A DNA stretch of 64,000 nucleotides, taken from assembly GCA_051313645.2 (NCBI GenBank), contig JBNRSN020000006.1, positions 282,906,001-282,970,000 on the forward strand, in the 5' to 3' direction. Under the pieces are notes generated by a model. It ran no database searches and had not been told where the DNA came from. It worked only from the letters and a program-made list of their open reading frames with translations. This document shows positions 62,749-64,000 of this stretch, in pieces. Numbering within the stretch: position 1 is the stretch's first letter; each line of letters opens with the position of its first letter. This stretch comes from Centroscyllium fabricii. Lineage: Eukaryota. The position numbers were made by a program, and so were the translations under genes.

Positions 62749-63016
62749 CCATGATGGAGGTGCCGGTGTTGGACTGGGGTGGACAATTGTAAGAAGTCAC
62801 ACAACACCAGGTTATAGTCCAACAGTTTTATTTTAAATCACAAGCTTTCGGAGCGCTGCTCCTTCCTCAGGTGAAAGAGAGACTGACTTAAAGAACGCAC
62901 ATATGTGCGTTCTTTAAGTCAGTCTCTCTTTCACCTGAGGAAGGAGCAGCGCTCCGAAAGCTTGTGATTTAAAATAAAACTGTTGGACTATAACCTGGTG
63001 TTGTGTGACTTCTTAC
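62749..63016. mobile_element. Penelope foldback: perfect 228-bp palindrome with two opposed hammerheads
   Basis: Palindrome 62789-63016 centred on CACAT|ATGTG; 11-bp TSD GATGATTCTGG (62738-62748, 63017-63027). Confidence 0.92.
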
Positions 63017-63364
63017 GATGATTCTGGAGTGGGGGTCTAATCATTTGTTCTTTGCTTTGTATTATTGCACAAATATAAAAATGTCCTAATTGAACTAGGT
63101 GTTAACTCAGTTTCCAACTTTGAAGAAATGATTTAAGAAATACGCTGGTATAAAACAGAGGATCCACTCCCGATCACATAAAAGTGCCATTGTTACAGTC
63201 CTGATGCCACTACCATACAAATATAGAAGAGTGTGAATCAATTCCCAGTAAAGTAAGGCATTCAGACCAGTTACAGGAGTGACTGACGCCATTTAACCAA
63301 AGGTGTCTCCTGCAAGCAAATTCGTAACATCAGAAAATAACAATACATGAGATTTACTTGTATT

Positions 63365-64000
63365 TTATTCACTTAGGATGTGGGCATAGCTGGCAAGTCC
63401 AGCATTTATTGTCCATCCAGTTGCCCTTAAGGTGGTGTGTCTTCTTCTTGAACCACAGCAGTCTCTGTGGTGAAAGTGCTCCCTGATTTTGACCCAGAAA
63501 TGAAGGAATGGCGAGAGATGTCCAAATCAGGATGGTGAGTGATTTGGGAAGGGAACTTAAAGGTGGTGTTCCCATGCACCTGCTTCCCTTGTCCTTCAAG
63601 GTGGTTGAGATCATAGGATTGGGAGGAGCTACCAGGAAGCCTTAGCGAGTTGCTGCAGTGCATCCTACAGATAGGACACACTGTAGCTGTGGTACGCCGG
63701 TAGTGGAGGGAATGGATGTTTAGGCGAGTGGATGAAGTGCTAATCAAGTGGACCGCTTTCTCCTGGATGGTGTCGAGTTCCTTGAGTGTTGTTGCAGCTG
63801 CACCCATTCAGGCAAGTGGAGCATATTCCATCAAACTTCTGACATGCCTTGCATGTGATGGAGAGGCTTTGGGGAGCCAGGAGATGCTGCAGGGGATACC
63901 CAGCCTCTGACCTGTTTCTGATCAATGGTAATCCCAAAATGTACATGGTGGGGGGATGTGGCGATGGCAATGCCATTGAATGTCACAGGGAGGTGGTCAG
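63365..64000 (-). mobile_element. CR1-clade LINE 3' fragment (family of 47690-53420)
   Basis: AAATTLKELDTIQEKAVHLIST..NIHSLHYRRT; same 3' UTR. Confidence 0.85.

Overview
Vertebrate nuclear DNA, almost certainly from a cartilaginous fish (shark-type HE1/V-SINEs, SacSINE/Deu-SINEs and HER1/CR1 LINEs). The only host coding sequence I can support is one 141-bp minus-strand exon (55365-55505) encoding the LDL-receptor class A module of LDLRAD4. The rest is probably intron of that gene and is packed with nested mobile elements: CR1, L2 and Rex1 LINEs; Penelope elements and foldback derivatives carrying minimal hammerhead ribozymes; two solo LTRs; a decayed two-gene PIF/Harbinger; a full-length hAT with an 8-bp TSD; and about ten Tigger/Zombi-like MITEs. 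The MITEs are the most unusual part. They carry dense NRF1/YY1-type motif arrays and variable internal cargo: two different GC-rich minisatellites, a strongly AT-to-GC shifted Penelope palindrome and, in a related 2-kb element, a promoter-like CpG segment with an RFX X-box plus a 493-bp palindrome. There is one 200-N assembly gap. All family calls come from reading the sequence by eye; no database searches were run.
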